From contig BTVV01000012.1 of assembly GCA_045863855.1 (NCBI GenBank), positions 1 through 64,000 of the forward strand: 64,000 nucleotides of DNA, read 5' to 3'. The position numbers and the translations under genes were made by a program. A model generated the notes under the pieces. The model did not search any database and was not told the origin of the DNA. It saw only the letters and a program-made list of their open reading frames with translations. The stretch comes from Planctomycetota bacterium (GTDB lineage Bacteria > Planctomycetota > SZUA-567 > H5-PLA8). Position 1 is the first letter of the stretch, and each line of letters begins with the position of its first letter. Shown piece after piece: positions 17,019-27,546 of this stretch.

Positions 17019-17590
17019 GATTCGCGCGCCTCCCCGGTTCGAGCGCCGCCCAAGGCGGACTGCAGATGCCGCAACGCGTGATGCAAACGGCTGCGAATCG
17101 TCCCGCGCGGCTCACCCAGGCGCGCAGCGATCTCCTTGGGGCTCAGGCCTTCCAGATAGCGTAGCGCGACCACGATCCGATGCTCCTCGGTCAAGCCGTG
17201 CATGGCCGCCGCCACTTCGCCCAGTTCTTCGTCGAAGCCCGGATGCGCCCGGAACTCCAAAGCCGCCTCGGGCTCCGGCGCCTGCTCCAGCCCCGGCTCT
17301 TCGCGCGACAAGCGCCGCCGCCGCGTCCGCGCGCCGTCGGCGCACACGTGGCCCACAATTCCGTACAACCAGCGCGCGAAGGCCGTCGCGTCCTGCAGCG
17401 CATCGAGGTTCCGGTACGCTCGGATAAACGTTTCCTGCGCCAAGTCCTCGGACTCCGCCGGCTGGAACCCGCGTTGCAGACACAAGGCGTAGATCGTGCG
17501 GCGATGGCGCTCCACGAGCTTCCCGAAGGCCTCGCGGTCTCCGGCTCGCGTTTGGCGAACCAATTCGGCATCCGAAAGCGCCACGCCCAT
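17015..17590 (-). CDS. ECF RNA polymerase sigma factor
   Basis: DAELV...GDREAFGKLV, EDLAQETF, FARWL, LRYLEGLSPKEIAARLGEPRGTIRSRLH. Confidence 0.93.
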   Translation of the reverse strand: MGVALSDAELVRQTRAGDREAFGKLVERHRRTIYALCLQRGFQPAESEDLAQETFIRAYRNLDALQDATAFARWLYGIVGHVCADGARTRRRRLSREEPGLEQAPEPEAALEFRAHPGFDEELGEVAAAMHGLTEEHRIVVALRYLEGLSPKEIAARLGEPRGTIRSRLHHALRHLQSALGGARTGEARES

Positions 17591-17846
17591 CCACCCCGTC
17601 CTTATGCAGTCGCCGCCGTCGGCGGTCCTGTTGAAGGGATTGTATCCGCTTGGCCTCTCGCCTCCCTTAAGGATGGCGCTGGGCGCCGATTAAGCCGCTC
17701 GAAGTTCACGCTTTCGGACTGGAATTAAGCCCGCTCTAGCTTTGGAGGCGGTGTATGGTCTTATGGCTAGGCCATCAAAGCATTTGGCGTAGTCGACTCA
17801 TAACACAATATATATAAATACTTTAAGTGATTCGCCCGGAGTGTTC

Positions 17847-18908
17847 ATGCAGCGATTCGAGACCATCACCAAGGCCGAGCAGGCGCTCAACCACATGCGC
17901 CGGCGGATCCTCACCGGTGAGTTGCCTGGCGGCAGCCAGGTTCCGCCCGAACGGACCCTGTGCCGCGAATACGCGCTCAGCCGGGTCACGATCAACAAGA
18001 TCACCAGTTCGCTTGTGCAAGAAGGCCTGCTCGAACGCCGCGGTCCGCGCGGCACCTATGTGGTGGGTCAGAACGGCCGGGGCGCGACCCTCAAAATCGG
18101 CTTCCTGATGCAGACGATGCAGCCCCAAGAGGTCAATCCGGTGCTCGAAGCGATCTTTCGCGCGTTCGTGCAGGCCAGCCATGCACATCCGGTGCTGGTC
18201 AGCTTCGGGATGGCCGGGCGCTGGGGCGAACGTCTTCCGGCGAGCTTCACCGCCACGGAACTCGACGCGCTGGTCGTTGCCGGTTCGGCGCATCCGGAAT
18301 TGATTAACAGCTTTCGCCAGCGCAACCGCCCGCTGCTCTTCGTCGACGAGACCGACGCGGCCGATCCGGAGCACTGCGTCACGACCGATCAAACCGAAGC
18401 CGGCCGGCTGGGCGCGAAGCATCTGCTCGAATGCGGCCGCCGCCGGATCGTCGCCTTCACGTACCCGAAAGGCAGCTACCGGGGCTTCGATTTGCGCCTG
18501 GAAGGCTTTCGGCGCGCGCACGCCGAAGCGGGCGTCGAACCGGACGAACGTCGCATCCTGCGGCCGTGGTTCTCGCGCGCGGAGCATATCGTCGAGATCC
18601 TGCGCAAAATGGAACAGGACGCCGGGAGCTTCGACGCGTTCTACGGTTTCGCGGATCTGATTGCGCTCTGGGGAATGGACGCGTTGCTGCGCATGGGCAA
18701 GCGTGTGCCCGAAGAGGTCGCGGTGCTGGGCATCGACGGCCTGCCGCTGGGCGAGTGGTCACGCCCGGCGCTTTCGAGTGTCGGGCAGCCGGTAGAGCAA
18801 CTCGGCACGCGCGCATTCGAACGCATCCATCATTGGCTGCAAAGCGGACGCGACGAGGCCGGCCTCGAGCGCCTCGCGCCGGTATTGCTGCTGCGGTCTT
18901 CCACGTAA
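17847..18908 (+). CDS. GntR HTH / LacI-type sugar-binding regulator (AraR-like)
   Basis: PPERTLCREYALSRVTINK N-terminus; VPEEVAVLGIDG...PALSSVGQP C-terminus. Confidence 0.9.
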   Translation: MQRFETITKAEQALNHMRRRILTGELPGGSQVPPERTLCREYALSRVTINKITSSLVQEGLLERRGPRGTYVVGQNGRGATLKIGFLMQTMQPQEVNPVLEAIFRAFVQASHAHPVLVSFGMAGRWGERLPASFTATELDALVVAGSAHPELINSFRQRNRPLLFVDETDAADPEHCVTTDQTEAGRLGAKHLLECGRRRIVAFTYPKGSYRGFDLRLEGFRRAHAEAGVEPDERRILRPWFSRAEHIVEILRKMEQDAGSFDAFYGFADLIALWGMDALLRMGKRVPEEVAVLGIDGLPLGEWSRPALSSVGQPVEQLGTRAFERIHHWLQSGRDEAGLERLAPVLLLRSST

Positions 18909-18929
18909 GCTTTCCAAGGAGAAGCGCGC

Positions 18930-21900
18930 ATGAAAACCCTCATCGTCTGCGCCTTAGCGGTCGGCTGTGCCTGGAGCGCGCTTGCGGGCGAACCGTACAG
19001 TTGGCAGATCCCGCATGCCACGCCCGCTCCCAACGGCGACCTGGCCTGGACGCCGCAAGCGTTCGTCTTCGAGCCCGGAGCCTCGAAGCGCTACATCGAT
19101 TTCGAAAACGGCAACGACGAGAACCCCGGCACCCGCGAAGCGCCGTGGAAGCATCATCCGTGGGACGTCGCCGCGCAGGGCCGGGCCGCCGAGTGCACCG
19201 GCGTTCACACGTACGTCTTCAAGCGCGGCGTGGTTTACCGCGGCGCGCTGACCGTCAAGGAATCCGGCCGGCCGGGGCAGCCGATCCGCCTCACCAGCGA
19301 TCCGAAATGGGGTGAAGGAGAAGCGGTGATCTGCGGCTCGAACGTCGTCGGCGGCTGGAAACAGGGTGCCGAGCACGCGGACATCCCCGAGCGCGCGAAA
19401 GTCTGGTACGCCGATCTCGATTTCGTTCCGCGCACGCTCTGGACCGTGGACGGCGCCGGCAAGATCGCGCGCATCCCGCTGGCCCGCACGCCGAACTGGA
19501 AGGTCAGCGACCCCGACGACATCAAGAGCGAGTGGTGGCACTGGGACTACAAGGACTCACCCAAGCACTTCGATATCTTCACGGAAGTCGGCGGGCGCAA
19601 GCTTCACCTCGGCATCGACACCGCGAACCTCACCAAGCCGGCCGCATACTACGAGAACGCGATCCTGTGGACCGAGAACGGCTGGGTGATGGGCACGCCG
19701 TACCCGGTGCGCGTGGATGCCGTGGACGCCAAACAAAAAGGACTGGCTTTCGGCGGGCGCTGGGGCGGCGCGGCGGGCAGTTACAAGATCATCCGCTACA
19801 ACCGCTACTTCCTCGAAGACAAGCCGCATTACCTCGACGATCCGGAGGGCGAATTCTGGTTCGAGAAAAAAGGCGCAGGCGGGCGGCTTCACGTGCGCGT
19901 GCCCGGCGACGCCGATCCCCAGTCGCTGCGCTTCGAGGCCGGCCGGTCCTTCAGTTTGATCGACGGCTCGAACATCAGCCACCTGCACGTGGCCGGATTG
20001 ACCTTCCGCTTCGGCAACATCCACTGGGACCTCGACGGCGTGCCGTACAGCCAAGGCAAGGCGCTGGATCCCGCGTGCGTGCGGCTTTCGGGCAAAGGTC
20101 AGGACCTGCGCGTCTCGAACTGCCTGTTCGAGCACGTCAATCATCCCATTCGGATCTCCGCTGGCGGCGCACTGGGCGAAGACATCGACGAGGTGCTGGT
20201 TACGGACAACGACATTCGCTTCACGGATCGCGGCGGGATTTACATCGACGAAGGGTCCGCATGGGGCGAGACCGAGCCGATATCCGGTCTCCTCTTCGAC
20301 GTGAAGGTCCTGCGCAACCGGATGCGCGAAGTCGGCCGACGCCCCACGCGCTTCGACCAGGGCTTCGGACTTACGGTGACGAACGCGCGGACGCTCGAAG
20401 TCGCCGGAAACGTGCTCGAACGCATTTACGCCGGCGGGATCAACCTTTTCGGCGCCAAACGCAGCGGAGCCCTCCGCGATGTGCCCCTCTCGCGCTTGCT
20501 CGTCCACCACAACAAGGTGATCGACCCGTTGCTCAACACCAACGACTTCGGCGGGATCGAAACTTGGCAGGGCGGGCCTGCGTACGTCTACAACAACATT
20601 TCGGGCAATCCGGGCGGATACTGGCATTACGGCCATAAGAATCATCCCGACAATCCCGCCAACGCTCGCTTCGGGCACGCTTATTACCTCGACGGCGCGT
20701 TCAAGAATTACCACTTCAACAACATCGCCTGGGGCAAATCGAAAGACCCGCTCAGCCGGCTGGGCAACACGTGCGCGTTCCAGGAAATCCACAGCTACCA
20801 GAACATTTTCTTCAACAATACGGTCTACAATTTCGTGAAAGGGTCGCGCCGGCAGGCGCCGCACGCCGGACGCGTCAAGTGGCTGGGCAACGTCTGGGAC
20901 GGCATCGGCGAATGGCTCTTCTGGCATTCGCAGCCGTCCAAGACCCCCGAAGAAGGCAACGCCCGCGACGCCGGCCCGCAGAAGGAACACTACGCATTCG
21001 AGTCGGTCGCGTACGCGCGGAACGTCATGCACGACATCGCGCCCAACCGCTTCGGCGTCTTCGAGCCCTCGGGCCGCTGGCTCGAAACCTTCGACGCGTT
21101 CAAGGCCGCCTTGAAGGAACGAAAGGTCCTGCTCGCCGACGTGGGCGAGGTGGCCTCCACCGCGGTGCTTCGCGATCCGGCCAAGCACGATTTCCGGCCC
21201 ACCAGCAGTTCGCCGGCGGCCGAAAAAGGCGTGCGCGTCTTTGTGCCTTGGGCGCTGTACGCCGAAGTGGCCGAATGGAACTTCTATCCGGCAGGCGGCG
21301 ATGCGGCGACCGTCCTCGACGAACATTGGTACATGACAAAATACTACGCGGACCGGCAAACCTACTCCGAGCGACCGACTTATCCGCTCAGCGTGAAGAA
21401 CGTCGCGCCAGACGCCTATGTCGCCGGAGCCTTGGAGGACTGGACCGCCGGGGCGCTGGCCTTAAACGGAAAGGACCGCTACGCCGTGCTGCCTCAAGCG
21501 CTGCTGGCCAAACCCTTCGAGTACGAGGCCAAGGTCACCAAGGACAAGCAGATGGTGAACGAGAAGCGCACGTTCTCGGGCGCGGAGCTTAAGAATCCGC
21601 AGGTGTATACCTCGAACTTCCTGATCGAAGTTTACTTCAAGATCGACCCCGGCCAGGCCGGCGGCGTGTTGATCGAAAAGCTCAAGGCCTCGGGCTATTC
21701 GTTGAACGTCAACGCGCAAGGGCTTGCGATCTTCGCGCTTTCCGGAGGCGGCGAGACGAAATCAGTCGCGAGTACCGCGAAGGTCAACGACGGCGCTTGG
21801 CATCACCTCATCGCCGAAGCCGACCGCACGACTCGCAAGCTCACGTTGTATCTCGACGGCAAACGCCACGCGGAAGCCGAAGGCTTCGGCGCGGACGTCT

Positions 21901-22121
21901 CGCTGGCCAACGAAGGCGACCTCTTCGTAGGCGGAACCCCCGAAGGACGTTGCGTGGCGGGCGCACTCGACTTCATGCGCATCGCGCTGGGCACGCTGGC
22001 CGACGCGCGCACGACGATCGAAGAACTCCACGCCTGGGAATTCGACGGGCCGTTCCTGCGCGATTTCGCGGGGCGCAAGCCGCAGGGCAAGCGCGACGCC
22101 GGTGCGCTGGAGTCGGAATAG
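18930..22121 (+). CDS. Large secreted parallel beta-helix protein with C-terminal LamG-like domain
   Basis: Signal peptide, YIDFENGNDENPGTREAPWK, LARTPNW, Asn-ladder repeats, VNDGAWHHL...LYLDGK. Confidence 0.8.
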   Translation: MKTLIVCALAVGCAWSALAGEPYSWQIPHATPAPNGDLAWTPQAFVFEPGASKRYIDFENGNDENPGTREAPWKHHPWDVAAQGRAAECTGVHTYVFKRGVVYRGALTVKESGRPGQPIRLTSDPKWGEGEAVICGSNVVGGWKQGAEHADIPERAKVWYADLDFVPRTLWTVDGAGKIARIPLARTPNWKVSDPDDIKSEWWHWDYKDSPKHFDIFTEVGGRKLHLGIDTANLTKPAAYYENAILWTENGWVMGTPYPVRVDAVDAKQKGLAFGGRWGGAAGSYKIIRYNRYFLEDKPHYLDDPEGEFWFEKKGAGGRLHVRVPGDADPQSLRFEAGRSFSLIDGSNISHLHVAGLTFRFGNIHWDLDGVPYSQGKALDPACVRLSGKGQDLRVSNCLFEHVNHPIRISAGGALGEDIDEVLVTDNDIRFTDRGGIYIDEGSAWGETEPISGLLFDVKVLRNRMREVGRRPTRFDQGFGLTVTNARTLEVAGNVLERIYAGGINLFGAKRSGALRDVPLSRLLVHHNKVIDPLLNTNDFGGIETWQGGPAYVYNNISGNPGGYWHYGHKNHPDNPANARFGHAYYLDGAFKNYHFNNIAWGKSKDPLSRLGNTCAFQEIHSYQNIFFNNTVYNFVKGSRRQAPHAGRVKWLGNVWDGIGEWLFWHSQPSKTPEEGNARDAGPQKEHYAFESVAYARNVMHDIAPNRFGVFEPSGRWLETFDAFKAALKERKVLLADVGEVASTAVLRDPAKHDFRPTSSSPAAEKGVRVFVPWALYAEVAEWNFYPAGGDAATVLDEHWYMTKYYADRQTYSERPTYPLSVKNVAPDAYVAGALEDWTAGALALNGKDRYAVLPQALLAKPFEYEAKVTKDKQMVNEKRTFSGAELKNPQVYTSNFLIEVYFKIDPGQAGGVLIEKLKASGYSLNVNAQGLAIFALSGGGETKSVASTAKVNDGAWHHLIAEADRTTRKLTLYLDGKRHAEAEGFGADVSLANEGDLFVGGTPEGRCVAGALDFMRIALGTLADARTTIEELHAWEFDGPFLRDFAGRKPQGKRDAGALESE

Positions 22122-22199
22122 CTCCCTGCGTCAACGCCGCTGACGGGCGCAAGCGTCCAGGGTAGCATGGGTGCCGCTTCATGACTCGGAGCCGCCCCC

Positions 22200-23219
22200 A
22201 TGCACGCGACGTACATCCTGTTCCCAGAAAAAAACCGTGTCAGCGTCGAACGCGAAACGCTTCCGGACACGCCGCTGGAGCCGCTGGAAGTCCTCGTCCG
22301 CAACGAAACCAGCATCGTCAGCGCCGGTACGGAGCTGGCGCGGCTGAGCGGGCTCGAGCAGGCCACGAGTTTCCCGCTGCGTCCCGGCTACGGTTGCATC
22401 GGCCGGATCGAGGCGCAAGGCGCGGGCGTCACCGACTTCACGGTTGGGCAGCGCATCTTCTACGCCGGAAAGCACGCCAGCGTCAATCGGTTCAAGCACG
22501 GACAGGACCACCAGTGGGGACGGCTCTACCCCGTTCCCGAAGGGCTCGATCCGGTGGACGGCGTCGTCGGCTGCATGGCGCAGATCGCGATGACCGCGCC
22601 GAACGTAACGCAATTGGATCTCGGCGACCGCGTCGCCGTTTTCGGCTTGGGGCTGGTGGGCAATCTGGCCGCGCAGTTGTACGCCTTGCGCGGTGCGAAC
22701 GTGCTGGCGCTGGACCCGGTTCCGGCGCGCTGCGCCCAAGCGCGCGCCTGCGGCCTCACCGATGCCGTCGAAGCGCCTCCCGCCGAACAAGTCGCCGCGG
22801 TGAAACGCTACGCCGGCGAAGTAGGCGCGGCCGTTTGCGTGGACGCCGTCGGACACAGCGCCGTGATCCAGCAAGCGGTCGCCGCATGCGCGCCATTTGG
22901 GCAAGTGGTCCTGCTGGGCACCCCCCGCGCGCCGCACCAGACCGATCTGACGCCGATGCTTCTGGACATTCACCGCAAAGGACTGGTCGTCCGCGGCGCG
23001 CATATGTGGCGCTTGCCGGCCGTTCCGGCCAGGGGCATGAAACAGGATGTCGCTTGGGCTTTCGCGACGATCTTCGGGCTCTTGCGCGACGGGAAGCTCA
23101 TCGTTCGCCCGCTGCTCAGCCACGTCGTCAAGCCTGACGCAGTGCCCGCGGCTTACCGGGGCTTGCAGCACGAAAAGGACCGCTACACAGGAGTGGTTAT
23201 CGACTGGCGCGAGGCGTGA
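22200..23219 (+). CDS. MDR-family (zinc-binding-type) dehydrogenase
   Basis: VSAGTE, PGY, VAVFGLGLVG Rossmann motif. Confidence 0.85.
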   Translation: MHATYILFPEKNRVSVERETLPDTPLEPLEVLVRNETSIVSAGTELARLSGLEQATSFPLRPGYGCIGRIEAQGAGVTDFTVGQRIFYAGKHASVNRFKHGQDHQWGRLYPVPEGLDPVDGVVGCMAQIAMTAPNVTQLDLGDRVAVFGLGLVGNLAAQLYALRGANVLALDPVPARCAQARACGLTDAVEAPPAEQVAAVKRYAGEVGAAVCVDAVGHSAVIQQAVAACAPFGQVVLLGTPRAPHQTDLTPMLLDIHRKGLVVRGAHMWRLPAVPARGMKQDVAWAFATIFGLLRDGKLIVRPLLSHVVKPDAVPAAYRGLQHEKDRYTGVVIDWREA

Positions 23220-23237
23220 TCGCCTTCCCCGCGAGGG

Positions 23238-24185
23238 CTACTGCCGCGCGACATCCGTAAGCGAGCGCCCGCCCACAGGAACGCCGGGGCGTCCGCCGCC
23301 GCCGGGCGCGGGTTGCGGCACGGGTGCAGGCGTGGGGCGCGGAGCCTGACTCGCCAGCAAGCGCTTCAGCCGTTCGACTTCTTGCTGCAGCGCGAAGACT
23401 TGATTCGAAAGCGCCTGATTCTGCTGCCGCAGGTGCGCCTCGGTGCGGTGGTGCTGGTCGATGTGGCGCTGGGCGTCGTTCAACGCCGAACCGGTTTGCG
23501 CGGCCTGCCACGCCGCCGCGTCGCGCTGGGCTTGCGTCTGGCCCAGTTCGCCGGAAAGCCGGCGGTTGGCCGAATCGATGTTCTTGGCCAGGTTCGCGGT
23601 CTTGGCCAGATCGGTTTCCAGTTCGACGGCCTTCGTCTGCGCGCGCTTGAGTTCGAGTTCCGCTTCCTTGATTTGGCGCTGCGCGCGGTCGGACTCGTCG
23701 CGCAAGCGCGCGGCCTGAGCGGCGGCGGTCTCGCGCTCGACGGCCAAACGCGCCGCGAGTTTCTCGCGATCTTCCGACGTACCGGCCAGTTCGGCCTGCA
23801 AAATCGTCGCCTGCGTGCGCGCGGCGGCCAGTTCGCCTTCCAGCGTCTCGATGCGCTGCATCAGATTCGACTTCTCGCTCACCACCTCGTCGAGGATGTT
23901 GCGGTGGCGCACCGATTGATCGCGCAGCGCGGCGCTCAACGCATGCAACTCGGTTTCGAACTTCTCCAGCCTTTGCGAAGTCTGCTGCTCCTGGCGCGCG
24001 GCCTCACCAAGCTTCGCGTCCTGCTGGTTCACCTGGATCTGCAGCGTCGCGGCCTGCTCTTCGGCCTGCCGCCGTGCGACGCGTTCACCCAGCATGCCGT
24101 TGAGCAGCACGCCGCCGGCCACCAGCAGCGCCAGCGCCGCTCCGCCCGAGACCACCCAGCGCTTCGAGATGCTTTGCGAATCCAT
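23238..24185 (-). CDS. Membrane-anchored coiled-coil protein
   Basis: N-terminal hydrophobic helix followed by a long Q/E/A-rich heptad region; GGAGG RBS before ATG 24185. Confidence 0.75.
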   Translation of the reverse strand: MDSQSISKRWVVSGGAALALLVAGGVLLNGMLGERVARRQAEEQAATLQIQVNQQDAKLGEAARQEQQTSQRLEKFETELHALSAALRDQSVRHRNILDEVVSEKSNLMQRIETLEGELAAARTQATILQAELAGTSEDREKLAARLAVERETAAAQAARLRDESDRAQRQIKEAELELKRAQTKAVELETDLAKTANLAKNIDSANRRLSGELGQTQAQRDAAAWQAAQTGSALNDAQRHIDQHHRTEAHLRQQNQALSNQVFALQQEVERLKRLLASQAPRPTPAPVPQPAPGGGGRPGVPVGGRSLTDVARQ

Positions 24186-24274
24186 GTGCCCCGCCTCCAA
24201 AGCCCACGCCCGCTTTATAGTACGCAAACGTATCGAATCGACGGTTTATTCGTGGGATTTCAGCGGCTTCCGTA

Positions 24275-24850
24275 TTAGCAGCCCGTTGGAAAAGGGTGCT
24301 TACCGCGTAAGTGCTTGTCCCGCATACGGTTCAAGAAGGCGTGATAGGTCGCCGCGCGGAAGTCCGGAAAGGTGAACTCGTGCGCTTCCCAGCGCCCGCC
24401 ACGAAAGCGCAGCGTCACCTCGGCGAAGATGCCATCCTTTAGGTAAATCCGGTGAGCGAAGTCTTTGGTCGAAGCGAGCACCAGCTTGGCGCCGGTGAGA
24501 TAGCCCGGGTCGAGATTTACGGGCCGGAGGCGCGGTGCACGTCCGAGAGCTTGATCCGATAGAGCGATCGCTTCGGCCAGAGCGACCTCCAGCGCATTCG
24601 CTTCCAGCTTGCGGTCGGCCAGATCCGCAGGATCGAAGGGCTTAAGAAAAGATACGAAGCGCCGCTTGAGGTCGGGACCCATCTCGCCGGCGTAGTACTC
24701 GGTGGCCGTGAAAGCAAAGGGCTCGCTTTCCAGATCCATCTCACCCCAGCGCTCGACCAACCGCGCGAGCGCGAGCGTATAGTCTTCCTCGCGGCCGTAA
24801 AGCACCGCGCAGATCGGCGTGACTCGGGGAACGGGATGCGGAGCGCCCAT
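24275..24850 (-). CDS. DUF4416 family protein
   Basis: TEYYAGEMG, RPVNLDPGYL, LASTKDFAHRIYLKDGIFAEVTL, TFPDF. Confidence 0.85.
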   Translation of the reverse strand: MGAPHPVPRVTPICAVLYGREEDYTLALARLVERWGEMDLESEPFAFTATEYYAGEMGPDLKRRFVSFLKPFDPADLADRKLEANALEVALAEAIALSDQALGRAPRLRPVNLDPGYLTGAKLVLASTKDFAHRIYLKDGIFAEVTLRFRGGRWEAHEFTFPDFRAATYHAFLNRMRDKHLRGKHPFPTGC

Positions 24851-24898
24851 ACGTGTGAACGGTAAGCGCATCCCGCGCAGGCGTAAAGCCGAGGCGGC

Positions 24899-25726
24899 CT
24901 ACTCCTGCGGGCGCGGCGGGTACGACCAATGTCCGAACCGGTCCTTCCCGCTGCACAGGATAGCTCGTCCGCCCCATCCGTTAAACGGCTTCACGCTGGG
25001 CGGACAGTAGCGCATGGTCAGGCCGCAGCGCCGGCGCGCCGACGGATTGGGCGGGCTGCTGTGCAGCAGCATGTCCGAGTGTATTCCGATTTGCCCGGCC
25101 TTCAGCACCGTATCCACCGGTTTGCCGAAGCGATCGACCCCCTGGGCGGTCAGCCAGAGCACATTCTTCTCGGCCTCTCCGCTCTGCCCGTGCTTCATCG
25201 GACCGTGCCGGTGGCTGCCGGGAAGCACCTGCATGCAGCCGTTCTCCGGATCGGCATCGTCAATGGCCAGCCAGACCGTGACCGTACGGCTGTGGCTGAA
25301 CGGCCAGTACACGGCATCCTGGTGCCAGCTCACCGCCTTCGTATCTCCGGGCAGTTTACAGAAGTAATGCGTCCCCCAGCACAGAATATCCTCGCCGATC
25401 AGATCTCGTACATACGCCAGCACCCGCGGTTCGGTGACGAGGTCGTACAGCCCCGCGTAACGCGTGTGCCAGCCGTTGACGGAATAGCTGTCCTTGCCTT
25501 CGCGCTGAGCGATCTCGAGCAGGCGGTCGAAGTACGCGCGGTGCTGTTCCATTTCCGAGCTGCTGAACACGTCCAATGGCGCGAGCCCGCCATCGCGGTT
25601 GAAGCGGCCGATCTGATCCGGCGTGAGTTTCTTCGGCGCCGTATTCCCACACGGCACGAAATCCAACACGCGCTCGATCTCGGCCAGCGGCTTCATTTCG
25701 GAAACGGCTTGGACGGCGGCTTGCAT
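24899..25726 (-). CDS. Phytanoyl-CoA dioxygenase (PhyH) family Fe/2OG oxygenase
   Basis: WHQD, TVWLAIDDADPENGCMQVLPGSH, LHSSPPN...RR. Confidence 0.9.
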   Translation of the reverse strand: MQAAVQAVSEMKPLAEIERVLDFVPCGNTAPKKLTPDQIGRFNRDGGLAPLDVFSSSEMEQHRAYFDRLLEIAQREGKDSYSVNGWHTRYAGLYDLVTEPRVLAYVRDLIGEDILCWGTHYFCKLPGDTKAVSWHQDAVYWPFSHSRTVTVWLAIDDADPENGCMQVLPGSHRHGPMKHGQSGEAEKNVLWLTAQGVDRFGKPVDTVLKAGQIGIHSDMLLHSSPPNPSARRRCGLTMRYCPPSVKPFNGWGGRAILCSGKDRFGHWSYPPRPQE

Positions 25727-25856
25727 GGCGGCTCCTCGCGTGGACTGAATTTCTGTCTCGTGCGTTCAACTTACCGCTCGGAGCAGGACTTGCGCCATGA
25801 ACGGAGTTCGCTAGTTTATATACTTTCTTATCATCCGGCTCAGGAGTTGCCCTCCC

Positions 25857-26657
25857 ATGCATGCTGAGTCCATGGATTTAAATATAAGAGTGGGAGGACT
25901 TTATGTATGTACTCCGCGCTGGGCTTCGAACGTACCCGAGCATACCGATGAGCATCGATTTTATGTGGGCGTACGGGGCGAAGCCGGCATGGCCATCGAC
26001 GGCAAGCGCCAGCCGCTGCGCGGCAAACGGGTCTACTTCATTCCCGCACGGCATCCGACCACACGTCACTGCTCCGTGCGGTACGAAGTCTACTGGCTCC
26101 ATTTCCGGCCGGTCTCGCCGCGCATCCACGCGCGCTTATGCCGGATGACCTTCAAGAGCTGGCCGGAAGAGCGCTGGGCCGCATTCCGCGAGACGTGGAC
26201 GCGCTTCCCAGAGTTTTTCGAAGCGCGGAGCCTCGAGATGCAGCTCAGGATGCACGCGTTGCTCTGGTCGGCCCTCGCCGAGATCATCGCCACCGCTCCC
26301 GAACCTCCGGCCGGCGAAGCGCGCGCTTGGGAGACGCTACGCCCGGCCTTCGAGTTCATGGACGCCGCCTTCACGCGAAGCCCCACGCTGGCCGAGCTGG
26401 CCGAGACGGTGCACCTCAGCCCCATCCACTTCCACCGCCGCTTCAAAGCCGCAACGGGACAGACGCCGCACGAGTACATGGAGCAGCAGCGCATGCAGCA
26501 GGCGCGGCGGATGCTGGCGGGCGGTACGGACAGCGTAAGCGCGATCGCGGAAGCCTGCGGATACGCCAATCCGTTTTACTTCTCGCGCGCCTTCAAGCGG
26601 CTGTACGGGCGCAGCCCGCTCCAATACCGCCGCTCGGGTGCGCGCGCGGAACCTTAA
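25857..26657 (+). CDS. AraC family regulator, divergent from the PhyH gene
   Basis: LAELAETVHLSPIHFHRRFK and IAEACGYANPFYFSRAFKRLYGRSP. Confidence 0.9.
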   Translation: MHAESMDLNIRVGGLYVCTPRWASNVPEHTDEHRFYVGVRGEAGMAIDGKRQPLRGKRVYFIPARHPTTRHCSVRYEVYWLHFRPVSPRIHARLCRMTFKSWPEERWAAFRETWTRFPEFFEARSLEMQLRMHALLWSALAEIIATAPEPPAGEARAWETLRPAFEFMDAAFTRSPTLAELAETVHLSPIHFHRRFKAATGQTPHEYMEQQRMQQARRMLAGGTDSVSAIAEACGYANPFYFSRAFKRLYGRSPLQYRRSGARAEP

Positions 26658-26679
26658 AATCTGAGCAGGATACGAACGG

Positions 26680-27546
26680 TCAACCGCGGCTGGCTTCGTC
26701 CATGCGCCGGCAGGCTTCGAAAATCACCGACATCGTCGCGATCGTAATATTGCGCGGGCGCTTCACTTCATCGAGCGATTTGAAGTGGAAGGTGCCTTCC
26801 TTGAAGCGGCAGAGCTGGTAGACGGCCTCCGCGCCGCTGGTGTCGAGCTGGTCGCTGAACGCGAAGGTGTCGCCCGAGAGCGCCATGGCATGCCCGAAGA
26901 CCGCTTGGCCCTTCTGAAACCCGACGGTGCCCTTCATCTTTCCGCCACGCACTTCAAGTTCGCCCGTGCGCGCTGTCGTATGCAGAAACTGGAGCACCTG
27001 CGGCAGGCTCTGGTCGTTCAGGTTGCCGGCGAGAGAAAGCTGCGCCATCGGCGGCAGGCCTTCTTCGGTCGCCACCAGATCGGCGCTGGGCGGCAGCGTG
27101 CGGTCCTCGGGCAGCGGCGGCTGCTCGTGATCGGGGATGACCTTGCCGTCCTTGAAGATATAGCCGGCTTCGAGCGTGCGCATGGTTACGAGCTTTTCGG
27201 CGGCATCGACTTCCTCGAGCGCCGGTTCCACGCCCGGCCCGCTGCCGACGTAACTGATCATGCGGCCGCCGATGCGAATACTGTCGCCGCTGTGCAGCGG
27301 GCGCGGCTCGTCGGCCTTGAGGCGCTCGTTGTTGAGGTAGGTTCCGTTGGTCGAACCCAGGTCTTTGACGAAAACGACACCCGCACTGTTGACCTGCACC
27401 ACCGCGTGCAAGCGGCTTGCATGGGCGTCTTCGAGGAAGATCTGATTGGTCGGTTCGCGCCCTAGCGTTAATTGTTCGCCGGGTTGCAGCGGCATCGGCC
27501 GCGCTTTGGCGCCCAGCAAATAGCCAATGGGTTCCGTAGGATCCAT
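26680..27546 (-). CDS. FHA domain plus DUF4388 protein
   Basis: LGR...SRLHA...DLGSTNGTYLN (FHA); LAGNLNDQSLPQVLQFL...TGEL (DUF4388). The start could extend to 27612. Confidence 0.85.
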   Translation of the reverse strand: MDPTEPIGYLLGAKARPMPLQPGEQLTLGREPTNQIFLEDAHASRLHAVVQVNSAGVVFVKDLGSTNGTYLNNERLKADEPRPLHSGDSIRIGGRMISYVGSGPGVEPALEEVDAAEKLVTMRTLEAGYIFKDGKVIPDHEQPPLPEDRTLPPSADLVATEEGLPPMAQLSLAGNLNDQSLPQVLQFLHTTARTGELEVRGGKMKGTVGFQKGQAVFGHAMALSGDTFAFSDQLDTSGAEAVYQLCRFKEGTFHFKSLDEVKRPRNITIATMSVIFEACRRMDEASRG

